A stretch of DNA of 64,000 nucleotides from Geosiphon pyriformis uo1. Its lineage: Eukaryota; Fungi; Glomeromycota. The stretch is taken from NCBI GenBank assembly GCA_016748015.1, contig JAAOMT010000480.1, forward strand, positions 1 to 64,000, in the 5' to 3' direction. Below the pieces are notes generated by a model. It was not told the origin of the DNA, made no database searches, and saw only the letters and a list, made by a program, of their open reading frames with translations. Made by a program: the position numbers and the translations under genes. Below are positions 63,943 to 64,000 of this stretch, piece after piece; positions within the stretch are counted from its first letter, which is position 1; every line of letters starts with the position of its first letter.

Positions 63943-64000
63943 TGTTATAATTGAAACCACACTTTTTATTAATTATCATATATATTAGCTATTGATGTTA
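63943..64000 (+). repeat. Start of another family A LTR (cut by window edge)
   Basis: TGTTATAATTGAAACC...ATTAGC matches the LTR start at 39032. Confidence 0.85.

Overview
AT-rich eukaryotic DNA made almost entirely of nested, decayed retrotransposons, with no convincing intact host gene. The gag and LINE peptides resemble those I recall from Glomeromycotina fungi such as Geosiphon, which is unverified. I resolve three Ty3/Gypsy LTR families, called A, B and C here, all with TGTTA...TAACA termini, plus two LINE remnants and one 824-nt assembly gap. Five insertions have matching 4-bp target-site duplications (TSDs). These give a four-level nest: LINE > B1 (31265-63011) > A2 (33472-48726) > A1 (39032-46708), with B2 (49372-56107) also inside B1. 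All copies carry stops caused by C>T/G>A transitions. The most notable signals are these. (1) All three Gypsy families carry a distantly homologous ~220-240 aa, non-membrane accessory ORF3 after pol that runs to or through the PPT. (2) Family A LTRs contain split blocks complementary to the anticodon arm of elongator tRNA-Met, the tRNA its PBS matches, and the split falls at the canonical tRNA intron position. (3) A motif just upstream of the PPT is shared by all three families. (4) Family A has a UUUAAAC + stem-loop -1 frameshift signal between gag and pol. (5) Family B pol contains a dUTPase and a large Cys-rich domain. Translations through stops are manual reconstructions.
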